Assembly (NCBI RefSeq): GCF_037042905.1
Contig: NC_087252.1
Coordinates: 14,386,001-14,450,000, forward strand
DNA length: 64,000 bases
Reading direction: 5' to 3'
DNA from: Lytechinus pictus
Lineage: Eukaryota
The notes under the pieces were generated by a model. That model was not told the DNA's origin. It saw only the letters and a list, made by a program, of their open reading frames with translations, and did not search any database. Made by a program: the position numbers and the translations under genes. Shown here in pieces: positions 27,401 to 39,590 of this stretch; within the stretch, counting starts at the first letter, position 1, and each line of letters starts with the position of its first letter.

Positions 27401-27925
27401 AACTTTAATTTTTAAAGGCATCTCGCACACATGATTATAATGTTTTTGTTTTATTTATCATTCACTATGAGATCTGTATAAAGTGATAAACCAATGAATT
27501 ATTTTTATATGTATATGTTTCCAATTATTTGCCTATTTATTAAACAACAATGTTTGTGTTGTTATTTGACGATTGTTTCACAGAATTACGTCGGTTGACA
27601 TCTACCTATACCCATGGATTATCTCCATCACCTTCACAACCTTGAATTGCTTACAGATGTATGATTGATAAATTTGGTTTACATTGTTTTAATTTGTTTA
27701 AAAGTATTACTGAAATGATTTGATGAGATAACAAAAATGAAAACTTGAAATAACATTTTGAATGTAGTTTTTGTTAATCTTGGGAAGACAATTAAGATTG
27801 CAGTTATTGTGTTGGTAGATGTGTAATCAAATCTACATGCACATGTTCACTGTTTGGAACATTTATAAAGATCACAAAATAAAAGAATTAAAAATAATAT
27901 TCAACTCTTCTGCATACATGTACAG

Positions 27926-28142
27926 CTACCTTTGCCAAGACCACGTCGTGGGCTACGGGATGCTAGAAATCCATTGGAATCGTACGAGGATGGGCCATTT
28001 CGAGATCGGTATCGACTGTCAAAAGAAATTGTCATTTACATCATCAACATGCTGGAAGCCGAATTGAAGAGGGACACACAGAGGAACGATCCACTTCCCG
28101 TTTATTTGCAGGTGTTGACGGCTCTCCGTTTTTATGCAGTGG
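27926..28142 (+). pseudogene. Harbinger transposase / HARBI1-like N-terminal exon
   Basis: LPLPRPRRGLRDARNPLESYEDGPFRDRYRLSKEIVIYIINMLEAELKRDTQRNDPLPVYLQVLTALRFYAVG matches the HARBI1-type N-terminus; bounded by TACAG acceptor and G|GTGAGT donor; no DDE exons found downstream. Confidence 0.8.
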
Positions 28143-28663
28143 GTGAGTAATTGAATTAAACGATTATTAAATGTTTCTGGGCACCGTTGAATCTATTTGA
28201 CTGAGGTTGTTTTTATTAATTTTAGGACTCCAGACAAAGTTGATGATGATTACAATATCTAGAAATCAGAGAGGGAGCACATAAGTAAGAGTATCATTTA
28301 AGCAAACAGTCAAGAACCTATGAATTGCATACTTAAAAATTCCAAAACTACCACAGCAGGAGTGAAGCTCTGCTGTTTCTGCTGTTGAGAACTGTTATGT
28401 CAGGTTAGAGTTATAAATTCGTCATTAACCCTAAATTGGCAGATCACCCCCGCCCCCCCCCCCCGAAACTTGGCTGTGTTGCGATGAAAAGCTATGAAAT
28501 TTGGCACATAGATAACATCTCGAGATGAACATACACACACAGAACTATAGCTGCAATCGTATCAGAACAATGTGCATGCATTGACGACTGTGATTTTATG
28601 GAGGGCAAGAAACAGAAGGAGATAAAGAGAAAACTCCTGAGGATATACATTTTCAAAATATTA

Positions 28664-29290
28664 AGAGGGCGCTATTCTTATAGGCAATGGTCATTGATGC
28701 GTAAAAAAAACATTTTGCATATGAGGGATGATGCCATTAGCAAACCCTAGAAAAGTAATACCAAGATAAATGGAAACAAGGAAGTGATGGCCATTTTACT
28801 GTTTTCCAACTTTTTAATAGAGAGCGCTATTTCTTAAAGGTAATGGTCACTGATGTGCGTAAAAAAACATATGGATTATGAGAGATGATGCCATAAGCAT
28901 ACCCTGAAAATATGAGACCGAAATAAATGAAAACAATGAACTTATCGTTATGGCCATTATGATATTTCTTTAGTTTGCAATAGAGGGCGCTATTTTTGAG
29001 GATAATGGTCATTGATGTGTAAAATGAAAAATAAAACAATTGAATTTTGGACTATCATAAGTCAACCCTGAAAATATCAAACTGAAATAAATGAAAACAA
29101 GTAAGTGTTGGCCATTTTACTATTTTCCACTTTGCAATAGAGGGCGCTATTTCTAAAGGTAATGGTCACTGATGCGTAAAAAACGATGAATAAGGAAGCA
29201 TGTTCCTATTAGCAAACCCTGAAAAATATCAGACCAAAATGAATAAAAACAAGGAAGTTACGGCCATTTTATGATTTTCCTACTTTGCAT
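28664..29290. repeat. ~160 bp tandem repeat, 4 copies
   Basis: AGAGGGCGCTATT...AATGGTCA(T/C)TGATG recurs at ~28664, 28818, 28981 and 29139. Confidence 0.85.
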
Positions 29291-29509
29291 TTCAATAAAC
29301 ATGAATTTTTTTTAATGTAGACTATTTCGGATTTGAATTTAGGGCATGAAGACGGCATTTTGAAGGGCAAGTCATATTTTTATATGAAGAGCAACTCTTA
29401 AACAATCTACAACAATTTGTTAGAAGTGTGTAGCATGCAGGATAAGAGAGTAAGGACGGGATTAGGAATAGTATGCAAATGGACTAGAAATTTACAAAAT
29501 GGCGCCTGG

Positions 29510-29700
29510 ATGGTCATGCATTGCCCCTGTCCGTCCGCCCCCCCCCCCACTTGGTTTCTGCGCAATAAGTAAAAAAATATTTAATGGATAAAAAAAGATT
29601 TGGTGTGTAGGTATAGGACACCAAAATACAGGCTCAGTTCGAATTCGGAGTCCGCAGGTCAAAGGTCACAGCTCATTAGATATGCGAGTTGGTTTCCACA
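29510..29700 (+). mobile_element. Possible Helentron-associated (HINE-like) fragment
   Basis: GTCCGTCCG, TTGGTTTCTGCGCAATAA and GGTCAAAGGTCA motifs. Confidence 0.3.
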
Positions 29701-29887
29701 TGATTATCATAAGTTCCAAATTAATATTTAGAAATGTTTTTTTATTTGAATTATAATCATGTGAATTATCACACATAGACATCTACTATGTATGGGAAAT
29801 ACCATGTATGTTGCGCGCCATGTTATATAGTGGTACACTTTGGGGGTACTGACCAATTTTTTCGAACATTTATAAATAGAATACATA

Positions 29888-30830
29888 TCAGTACCACACA
29901 GAAGTATTAGCGAAGTATTAATAATTCATTTTGCTAATCTTGTTCTATATGATAAAACTTAATATTCACAATTACAATACAAGCAAACGCCCTGATTGTA
30001 AATGATGGAAAGATTTATTTATATACAAAGAAAACAAAATATCGTGAATATTACCATTATTCCATATTATTACCATATTATATTACCATTTTTTGGGGGA
30101 ACGTCTTTGAACACATTTGACAATTGCGAATGTGTAAAATAACGTAAGGCATGCCTAATGCGTATATTAAATACATGTTGTGAAATAAATGGGAATCGAG
30201 AAGAATGGTAGCGTAGCTTTTAATGTAATGAATGTTTCCAGAGCTAGCATCAATTTTTGTTGACATTTTGGTGAGTTTGAAGAGAAATATTTGCCTAGAA
30301 TTAGCCACGGGGCCCCTACTTTGATAAATCTGAGGCAGAAAATGAATGGTGATTTTTTTTTTATTTGTCACAACATTCATCAAAAGAAAAAAACGTTTCT
30401 AGAGAGACATGTAGGATTTCACTTGATATAACTGAATTTTATTTTAACATTTTGACTTACATTTTTCAGAGAATATCTGTTTATGGATTGCAGCTGTATA
30501 AAGATGATGTCATACGTGAGGCTTAGAATATAGCGCATAGTGCCTCGGTTTCAGACAATGGACGCGCTGTAGACACCTAATACTTAGCGTATCGTGCAAC
30601 ATTTTGAGGAAATAATGTAAATAGTGAGTGATTACCGCATTTAATCACAAAATCGAAAGACACCGGTGTCAAGATGACTGGGCTATTTTTCTTCAAATAT
30701 TCATGGGTTTTTAAGAGGTTAATACAAATATCGATAATATTCAAGAAATTATATGAAACTGTTGCCTATGTAAATTGAAATACATCGCACGCAGCACTTT
30801 TTGATATAATGGTAATATAATATCAAGATA
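29888..30830 (-). repeat. Inverted partial copy (right half) of the ~1.84 kb TCAGTACCA-terminated element
   Basis: Reverse complement of ~59170-60212, including the TCAGTACCAC terminus. Confidence 0.8.
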
Positions 30831-30918
30831 GATATTAATGAATTATCTTTAAGTTTAAAGTATATAAACTAATAAAGAGCAGAATTGGAAGTTCAATGGT
30901 TGGCAGATCTAAATTGTG

Positions 30919-31085
30919 GCAAAAAGAAGCTGCTGAAAACTTCTTATCTAATAAAAGAGAGCCAATGGAGTAAATTAGAAAGTAAAAAAGGGGCCTAAGC
31001 TTTCGATCCTAGCAGAATCTTCGTCGGAGGCCTCCGATGAAGATTCTGCTAGGATCGAAAGCTTAGGCACCTTTTTGACTTTCTA
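30919..31085. mobile_element. 167 bp Penelope-like insertion containing an inverted pair of minimal hammerhead-like motifs
   Basis: 14 bp imperfect TSD (AGATCTAAATTGTG / AGATCTAATCTGTG); absent from paralogous sites at ~45350 and ~58493; 56+56 bp palindrome at 30975-31086. Confidence 0.7.
31029..31069 (+). ncRNA. Minimal type I hammerhead ribozyme-like motif (mirror copy on minus strand, 30992-31032)
   Basis: GGCCT-CCGATGA-A-GATTCT/GCT/AGGATC-GAAA-GC-TT-AGGC: stem I, core (C in place of U4), stem II, GAAA, and palindromic AAGCTT in place of stem III. Confidence 0.55.
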
Positions 31086-32898
31086 AGATCTAATCTGTGT
31101 AAGCCGCTAATTCAGAAAATTTAATATTGATTCTTCGACACAATTACTATCTGCTTTTGAACTTCCTAGATTGATATCTTTCAAGATTGACGAAACAATC
31201 TGAAAATATATTCTTTTGATATATTTGTTATATTAAAGACGTTGTTTGCATCATTGAACAATCGCCCTAGAAAATGAGGGTTCTGCGTGTTATTCACAAC
31301 TGGCATTATCCCTTGGAAATCAGGTAGGTATGCTAAATAGCAAAAATTAAAAAATATCTACTTCATTTTTTCAAGATTATTTTTATTATTTCCTTTTTTT
31401 TATTTATGTTTTGTTATTGTTCCTTTTTGTGACATATCATTTTTTCCTGGACAAAATTACCTTCCTTTTGTAAAGCAACTCATTTTTTTATTATTATTAT
31501 TATTTTACTTATCAAATTTCGACCAGTACTCGGTTTTGAAAATCATTCTTAGGGCCAGGCATAATAAAGGTATTTCATCGACCTAAATTAATTTTAGTTT
31601 TTAGCAAAAAAAGAAAATGGAATGAACTACGAACTTTTCATTATTTCTAGAAGTCATTGTTGTATTTAAAGAACAAAACAATGTACAAAAGGTATATTAG
31701 CAAACAAAACACTATCTTAATCAAACACGAACTATCTTGTCACTTATTAACAAACATCCATACATATTACCATTATATCAAAACGTGCTGCGTGCGATGT
31801 ATCTCTATTTACATAGGCATCAGTTTCATATCATTTCTTGAATATTATCGATATTTGTATTAACCTCTTAAAAAACCCATGAATATTTGAAGAAAAATAG
31901 CCCAGTCATCTTGACACCGGTGTCTTTCGATTTTGTGATTAAATGCGATAATTACTCACTATTTACATTTATTTCCTCAAAATGTTGCACGATACGCTAA
32001 GTCGTAGGTGTCTACAGAGCGTCCATTGTCTTAATCCGAGGCACTATGCGCTATATTCTAAGCCTCACGTATGACATCATCTTTATATAGCTGTAATCTA
32101 TAAACAGATATTCTCTGAAAAATGTAAGTCAAAATGTTAAAATAAACTATCCTGTCACTTATTAACAAACATCGATACATATTACCATTATATCAAAACG
32201 TGCTGCGTGCGATTTATTTCAATTTACATAGGCATCAGTTTCATATCATTTCTTGAATATTATCGATATTTGTATTAACCTCTTAAAAAACCCATGAATA
32301 TTTGAAGAAAATAGTCCTGTCATCTTGACACCTGTGTCTTTCGATTTTGTGATTAAATGCGATAATTACTCACTATTTAAATTTATTTCCTCAAAATGTT
32401 GCACGATACGCTAAGTCTTAGGTGTCTACAGAGCGTCCATTGTCTGAAACCGAGGCACTGCGCGCTATATTCTAAGCCTCACGTATGACATCATCTTTAT
32501 ACAGCTGCAATCCATAAACAGAAATTCTCTGAAAAATCTAAGTCAAAATGTTACCAAAAAAAAAATCAGTTATATCAAGTGAAATCCTACATGTCTCTCT
32601 AGAAACGGCTTTTTCTCTTGATGAATGTTGTGACAAATCTAAAAAAATCACCATTCATTTTCTATCGTCAGGTTTGTATGAGATTTGAACAATCATATGA
32701 CAAGCTCCTCTGCCTCAGATAAATCAAAGTAGGGGCCCCGGGTCTAATTCTAGGCAAATAATTTTCTTCAAACTCACCAAAATGTAGACAAAATGGATGC
32801 TAGGTCTGGAAACATTTATTACAATAAAAGCTACGTCTACCATTTTTCTCTTTTCCCATTCATTTCATAACATACAATTTAAAATAAACATTAGAACA

Positions 32899-34905
32899 TT
32901 AGGCTTAGACTATAGCGCATAATGCCTCGGTTGCAGACAATAGACCCTCTGTAGACACCTATCTTGCCACATTTTGAGGAAATAAATCTTAATAGTGAGT
33001 AATTATCGCATTTAATCACAAAATCGAAAGACATGGGTGTCAAGGTGAGAGGGCAACTTGTTTATATATTCACTGTTTTTTTCTAAGAGGTTAATACAAA
33101 TATTGATAATATTAAAGACATGATATGAAACTGATATGATAAGTAAATATAGATACAATGCACGCAACGCTTTTTAATTATACAGTGCTTATCAAAAAAA
33201 AGTTAACACTTTGAAAAAGCCTTGGGAATTAAAAAATATACTACATGCGGGTATTTTGTGACATATAATCTTACTTTAGGGTCTCATCTATCCAATGCAA
33301 GTAAACGTTTTGACAGAATGTTACACTTGAGTCCATTTTTGTAAAGCTCGCAGAAATCTGTTTGCGAAACCTGAAATGCTCGTCTTCACGCTGTGTCAAG
33401 GAGAAAGGGCGAAATCAAATTAACCCTGCGAAACATTTCTCATACATTTCTTTTGCCTTTTAGTCAATAGAAATTAGACAGATACATTTAAGCATTTTGT
33501 AACAATTTTTCCACCCAAATTGAAATTTCAACACTTAGTAAGCACAACCTTTTACCCTTTTTGTGCCAGCTGGATCTGAGGACATAACTAAATCTGAATA
33601 AAAGTTTATATCAGACATCTCTAGCATTTTTTTCACTAAGTTATTATCATTTAAAGAGGGTTTACATTTCATTTTTATTTGATTCTTGTTTCTTCACACC
33701 TTTTCCAAGCTTTACAATGATTAACAAAATAAAAATCAAGCCTAAGCCATTTCATGTAAATCACAGCTCTGTGTAAAGCAAATATCGTCCCGATTGCCTC
33801 GGTGTGTGGGGGAGTGAAATGGGGTGCAATGCCCTTTTTGAAGTGTTTTGGGCAAGGAAACAAGATTTAAAAGCTAAAATATATCTTCAAATCAATTTCA
33901 ATAGATAAATTGAACGTGTTCTTCATGATTAAGGTCTACTTTTACTCGCATAACTATTTCAAAGTTCTGCGCAAATCATTTTTCACTAACTTTTCAAAAG
34001 TAAGCGGTGCTCACTCAAGCGGAAATATTTTTCGACAGTTATATCGTCATTTGCTTAAATGGACCTGTACCAGTGTTACAATGTGGAAAAATCTTCAGTA
34101 TATTACATATGTATAAGTTTACAATAATTTTTTCTAAGTGGAAACTTTTTTTATACGCACTGTACAGTAATATGTGTGGATGTTTGTTTATTAGTGACAC
34201 GATTGTCCGTGTTTGTTTAAGGTGGGTGTTTTATTTACTTATTATAAATTTGGTTCAATGTTTTGTTCTTTGAATGCAACAATGACTTCTAGAAATAATG
34301 AAAAGTTCGTAATTCATTCCATTGTCATTTGCTAAATAATAAAATGAATTTGGGCCGATGAAATACCTGTATGATGCCGGGCCCTGATCTGATAATCATT
34401 TTCAATATAGGTGCATGTCGAAATTTGACAAGTAAACAAAAAAATAGTGCGGATCTGCGCTATAAATGTGATTTTTGTCCAGAAAAAAATGAAATTCCAC
34501 CATAAATAAGAAAGAAAAAAAAAAGACAAAAACGAACAAATAAAGTACTTTTTGTTCAATTTCTGCTATTTAGCATACCTAACTGATTTTCAAGGGATGC
34601 TGCCAGTTCTGAATAACAAGGAGAACCCTCACTTTCTAGGGCTATTGTTCAATGATGCAAACAACGTCTTTAATACAACAAATATATCAAACGAAAATAT
34701 TTTCAGATTGCTTCGTTATTCTTGAGAAATGTCAATCTAGGAAGTTAAAAAGCAGATAGTAATTGTGTCGAAGATTCAACATTAAATTCTCTGATTTAGC
34801 GGCTTACACAAATTAGATCTGACAACCATTGACTTTCCCATTCTGCTCCTTATTTCTTTATAAACTTTAAACATGAAGATATTTTATTAACATCTATCTT
34901 GATAT
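32899..34905 (-). repeat. Inverted copy of a second TCAGTACCA-family variant, interrupted by a Tc1-like MITE
   Basis: Reverse complement of ~30835-32070 and of 60250-61186. Confidence 0.75.
33183..34162. mobile_element. Tc1/mariner-type MITE, TA TSD
   Basis: TA|CAGTGCTTATCAAAAAAAAGTTAACACTT ... AAGTGGAAACTTTTTTTATACGCACTG|TA; paralogous copies at ~47372-48343 (left end deleted) and 60955-61186 (partial, inverted). Confidence 0.8.
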
Positions 34906-34922
34906 TATATATATATATATAT

Positions 34923-36480
34923 TGTTACGATACTGCAACAAATAACAATGAAATATTTTTGAGTGTTGAAGTCGAATTTCCTTTTTTATTACAGGAAATT
35001 AATTATACATTTACAAATCATAAATTGAGAATGGTCTTACGTCTCTTGAGATTGTGATAATAATCCAAATAATAGTATCCAGATAAATGTCCACAATGAT
35101 TGCGATGATGAAACTGATGTTGAAGCACGATGAATAACAGGTTACACTTCGTAATTCCGGAGGTTCGTAATTCCGAAGGTTCTTTATTCCGAAGGTTCGT
35201 AATTCCGAAGGTTCGTAATTCCGAAAGACGTAAATTGCCTATACCTCGATGTTCGTTAATCTGAAAACGTAAAAGGGTTCGTTAATCCGAACATTTCTGG
35301 CGTTATTCCGAACGTTCGTTATTCCGAAGGTTCGATAATCTGAAAACGAAATAAGGTTCAATGTTCCGAAGGTTCGTTAATCCGAAAACGAAATAAGGTT
35401 CGTTGTTCCGAAGGTTCGTTAATCCGAAAACGAAATAAGGTTCGTTGTTCCGAAGGTTCGTTAGTCCGAAAACGAAATAAGGTTCGTTTATCATTTTGTT
35501 TTCGGACTAACGAACCTTCGGAATTACGAACCTCATTTCGTTTTCGGATTAACGAGCCTTCGGAATTACGAACCTCATTTCGTTTTCGGACTAACGAACC
35601 ATCGGAATTAGGAACCTTATTTCGTTTTCGGATTAACAAACCTTCGGAATAACCGAACCTTCGGAATAACGAAGCTTCGGAATTACGAATGTATGCGGAA
35701 TAACAAGAGTCACTGTAACGAGTTGAAATGTCCGTGAAGACGATGTTGATGATGATTAACAGTCAATTTCAACAATCCATGGGTTGAAAAGCGTTCATTG
35801 AACAGGTTGATGATGTTGATGATCTCGATGAGAACTGAGAATTCCTCTCTCAAAATAACTGCAAACAGTTCATTGATGGCGGGCAAACAATTCCACAGAA
35901 GATAAATATTCCAGGTGGAAATAAACTCTGCTCTGACATAAAGTTTGGCGTGAAACTCTGAGTTCTGATCTGATGTGATGAAGTGATCTGATATGATCAA
36001 GTGATCTAATATGATATGATGAAGTACTTGTAGAAACTGCAGTTTATATATACACATTTCAACTATTCTAGATCATTTTAGTATTCACTATTCTAGAGGC
36101 TTCTATATAGTATTCACTATTATTGAAGGTTCTAGTATTGTCTATAAAAAAACATTCTCCTTTCAGGAGCAGTCAAATTCCAGAAGACTCTTGAATGACC
36201 TCATTGAAATCAACAGTGTCAATAAAATAGCTAAGCCTATTATTAATTTCCACTGCTACTGGAATCCTATTGTTCTCTTCCACTGCCTGAGGAATCTATT
36301 GTTTGCTTTTCCCTATTAAAAAATAAAACTCCTTGGCCTTTAAATAGGCAAGAGGCCTGCAGAACAAAAGCTTTTACAAACACGTTCTCGAATGTACTTT
36401 ATCATTCTTGGCTATCCTTAACGAGAAGATCACTAAATAAATGAACGTAATTGCTCTTACAATTCTTCTTCCATATAACA
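34923..36480 (-). repeat. 3' LTR of copy 1 (contains nested MITE)
   Basis: TGTTACGATACTGC...CCATATAACA; adjoins the PPT. Confidence 0.92.
35140..35697. mobile_element. Fold-back MITE of TTCGTAATTCCGAAGG subrepeats, 8 bp TSD (Merlin-like)
   Basis: GAATAACA|GGTTACACTTCG...CGAATGTATGCG|GAATAACA; empty site in the 5' LTR at ~41866. Confidence 0.85.
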
Positions 36481-36495
36481 CCTCCCCCACCGGAG
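36481..36495 (-). other. Polypurine tract, copy 1
   Basis: Minus strand CTCCGGTGGGGGAGG immediately before the TG of the 3' LTR. Confidence 0.8.
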
Positions 36496-36689
36496 AAAAG
36501 AAAGCTTTACCGTAGTAAAGGTTTCTTTAAGATTACTTTTTTCCTTTTAACTGTTCAAAGTCATCTTGATAAATTGTTTACAGTTATCGTGTACAAATGT
36601 GTACTACACAAACATGTTTAAATAAATGAACATCAAAGACACTTTCTTCAAATGACACACTTGGTCAAAAGCATGAATAATTTCACTTT

Positions 36690-37849
36690 TTATACTCTTG
36701 AAAGAGCATCAGCAATGAAATTATTATTTCCCTTTATGTGTACAATTTTCAAAGGGAATGGTTGGAGCATAAGGCTCCATCTATACAGTCGTTGAATCTT
36801 TGTTTTGAATTTCTCCAAAAACACAAGAGGTTTGTGGTCTGTATAGACTGTAATCTCTCCATTGGTTAGATACACCTCAAACTGCTGAAGGGCAAGTACG
36901 AGACTCAGGGCCTCTTTTTCAATAGTTGAGTACTTCTTCTGAAACTGATTGAGTTTCTCCATGAGAAGTAGCACACTGGTTTTTCGAGGCCTTCTTCATC
37001 TTCTTGGAGCAATACTGCTCCTACTCCAACATCACAAGCATCAATAGCTACTTTGAACGGCTTTGTGAAGTTTGGAGCTGCCAAAACAGGCTCATTCACC
37101 AAAATGGCCTTTAATTTCTCAAATGATCTCTGACATTCGTCAGACCAAACATACTTCACTTTTTGCTTCAGCAGGTTTGTCAAGCCACTCATACCTAAGA
37201 ATCTGAGCAATTCTTTCTTAGTTGGGGGAATGGGGAAGTCTAAGATAGCTTGTATCTTGGCTTCTCTTGGTAGCACTTGCCCTTGACCAACCACATGACC
37301 AAGATATGTGACCTTTGCCTTGGCAAATTCACTCTTCATCAGATTCACTACTAGATTGGCTTTATCCAGCCTGTCAAACAGTGCTCTCAAATGATCCAGA
37401 TGATCATTCCAAGTATCACCGTACACTAGGATGTCGTCTATGTATACGACACAATTGTCAAGTCCTGTAATCACTTGATTTGTTAACCTTTGGAAGGTTG
37501 CTGGTGCAATTTTCATTCCAAAAGGCATGACTTTGCACTGAAATAAGACTTCAGGTGTAACAAGGGCTGATATCTCTTTGGCTCGGTCAGTCAGTGGCAC
37601 TTGCTAATATCCTTTAAGCAAGTCTATCTTTGTGATAAAGGCAGAATTTCCAACCCTATCAATACAATCTTCTAACCTAGGAATGGGATACGAGTCAGTC
37701 TTAGTAACTGCATTTACCTTCCGGTAATCAATGCAAAATCTCTGAGAGCCATCTGGCTTTGGAACCATTACAATAGGAAAACTCCAACTACTCTGACTCG
37801 GTTCGATTATGTCATTATCTAACATAAACTCGATTTTCTCATTCACCAT
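36690..37849 (-). pseudogene. pol: Reverse transcriptase-RNase H, copy 1 (stop, frameshift, 45 bp deletion)
   Basis: [69 protein letters not shown]; lacks FYRTFVPNYSTVVSP present in copy 2. Confidence 0.92.
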
Positions 37850-37944
37850 TTCATACTTGCTTGGATTGAGCTTATAAGGATTATAGTCTTACATCACCTA
37901 CGTCTACATAATGTACAGATAAAGGTGTACGACCTGGATTGTCT

Positions 37945-39055
37945 TTACACATATTTTTCATATTCTCTTAACAGGCCAGATATATCATTTCTCTGATCTT
38001 CAGGCAGGTGTTTTAATGCCTCAACCATATTTCCTAACATATCTGAGTTAGACAACTTTACACCACATGGTTCGTTCTTAGATACATCTGTATAAGACAA
38101 TTCACTATATGTCTTCCCATAGCATTCTTCTTCATGATCATTTACATGTTTTTCTTCTTCTTTAACCTGTGTTATACCTATTGGCTGACTAGCCTCTCGC
38201 TCAAAGTATTCTTTCAACATGTTTACATGACAAACTCTTTGAGACTTTCTTCGATCAGGGGTACTGATCACATAGTTGACATCGTTCAATTTCTTTTTGA
38301 CTATGTAGGGACCACTAAACCTAGCTTCCCCTTGCAAAGGCAACAACACTAACACTTTGTCTCCAGGCTTAAAACTTCGCTCTTTTGCATTTTTGTCAGC
38401 TTGAGCTTTCATTTTTCCCTGCGACACTTTCAAGTGTTCCTTAGCCACATCACAAGCTTTTGAGAGCATTTCTCTAAACTTTGACACATAGTCTAGAAGG
38501 TTTACATCCTCATCCTGAACCATAAACCTCTCTTTGATAAGCTTTAGGGGACCCCTAACCTCATGACCATAGACCAATTCGAATGGACTGAAACCTGTGG
38601 ACTCATTAGGGGAATCCCTAGTTGCAAACAGTAGGAATGAGATCCCTTTATCCCAGTCATCGGGATAGTCTTCACAATAAGCCCTAATCATGGTCTTCAA
38701 AGTCTGATGATAGCGTTCTAACGCTCCTTGGGACTGTGGGTGATAAGCAGAGGACTTGATCTGCTTTATTCCCAACTCCTTCATAACTTGCTGAAATATT
38801 CCTGACATGAAATTTGACCATTGATCAGACTGAATTTCCTTAGGCAGGCCATACCGAGTTAAAAACTGCACCAACGCCTGTACCACTGTTTTTGCAGTGA
38901 TACTCCTCAAGGGTATCGCTTCTGGAAAACGTGTAGACAAGTCCATAATCGTCAGGAGAAATCTGTGACCCGACCTCGTTCTGGGTAAGGGTCCAACACA
39001 ATCAACAAGAACCCTAGTAAAAGGTTCATTGAAATGCAGGAATGGGTATCAATGG
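37945..39055 (-). pseudogene. pol: Integrase core and C-terminus, copy 1 (zinc finger deleted)
   Basis: DCVGPLP, DLSTRFPEAIPL, IQSDQ, YHPQSQGALERYHQTLK, GPY motif. Confidence 0.92.
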
Positions 39056-39590
39056 AGCTGTTCACACCGCAAGGGGGGACCGTGGGCGGACCGTGGATCG
39101 CGCTATCGTAGCGCGATCCACGGTCCGCCCATTGGCATTCGCCGGATTCACACCGCAGTGAGATAGCGCGGTCTATCGTAGCACCCCCTTTTTTGAGAGG
39201 TCCTGTTGCCATGACGCGTGACGTCATGAGGTCAGAGCGGTCAAAGATTTCGCGGGCTATTATGAACCCGTACTAGTTAGTTGAGAGCTCGATATCGCTG
39301 TGCCTATTATGCTAGCCGGCCTACGTTTATTTCATGGCGTTGTAGAACGATGACTTCCGGCGTGCTATCGTAGCTCGGGTTCACACCGGCAGAGATAGCG
39401 CGATCTAGCGCGCGCTAGACCGCGCTATCTCTCGTGGACCACCCCCAAGAGGTGCTCCAGTGGCACGCCGTTTTGGCTCGCCGTGGCTCGCTGTTGGGCG
39501 GACCGAAACGACGTTGTACCTTCCACACCGCAGAGATAGCGCGATCTAGCGCGCGCTAGATCGCGCTATCTCTGCCGGTCTGAACAGGCT
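39056..39590. mobile_element. GC-rich Harbinger-like MITE inside pol of copy 1
   Basis: AGCTGTTCACACCG ... CGGTCTGAACAGGCT termini; internal palindromes AGAGATAGCGCGATCTAGCGCGCGCTAGATCGCGCTATCTCT; absent from copy 2. Confidence 0.8.

Larger units (their letters stand above)
30835..32895 (+). repeat. TCAGTACCA-family copy with ~415 bp internal duplication
   Basis: Collinear with 45285-47160 and 58430-59885; duplicated block starts AACTATC(T/C)TGTCACTT at ~31730 and ~32145. Confidence 0.8.

Noticed and set aside
31657..34559. Short ORFs recurring at 45921, 48091, 48188 and 59064
   Set aside because: They recur only because the non-coding repeats are duplicated; AT-rich, low-complexity translations with no recognisable motif.
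35303..35639. Repetitive ORFs and a CRISPR-like regular repeat (also 49412-49926)
   Set aside because: Tandem subrepeats of a MITE with no unique spacers, in a eukaryotic context with no cas genes.
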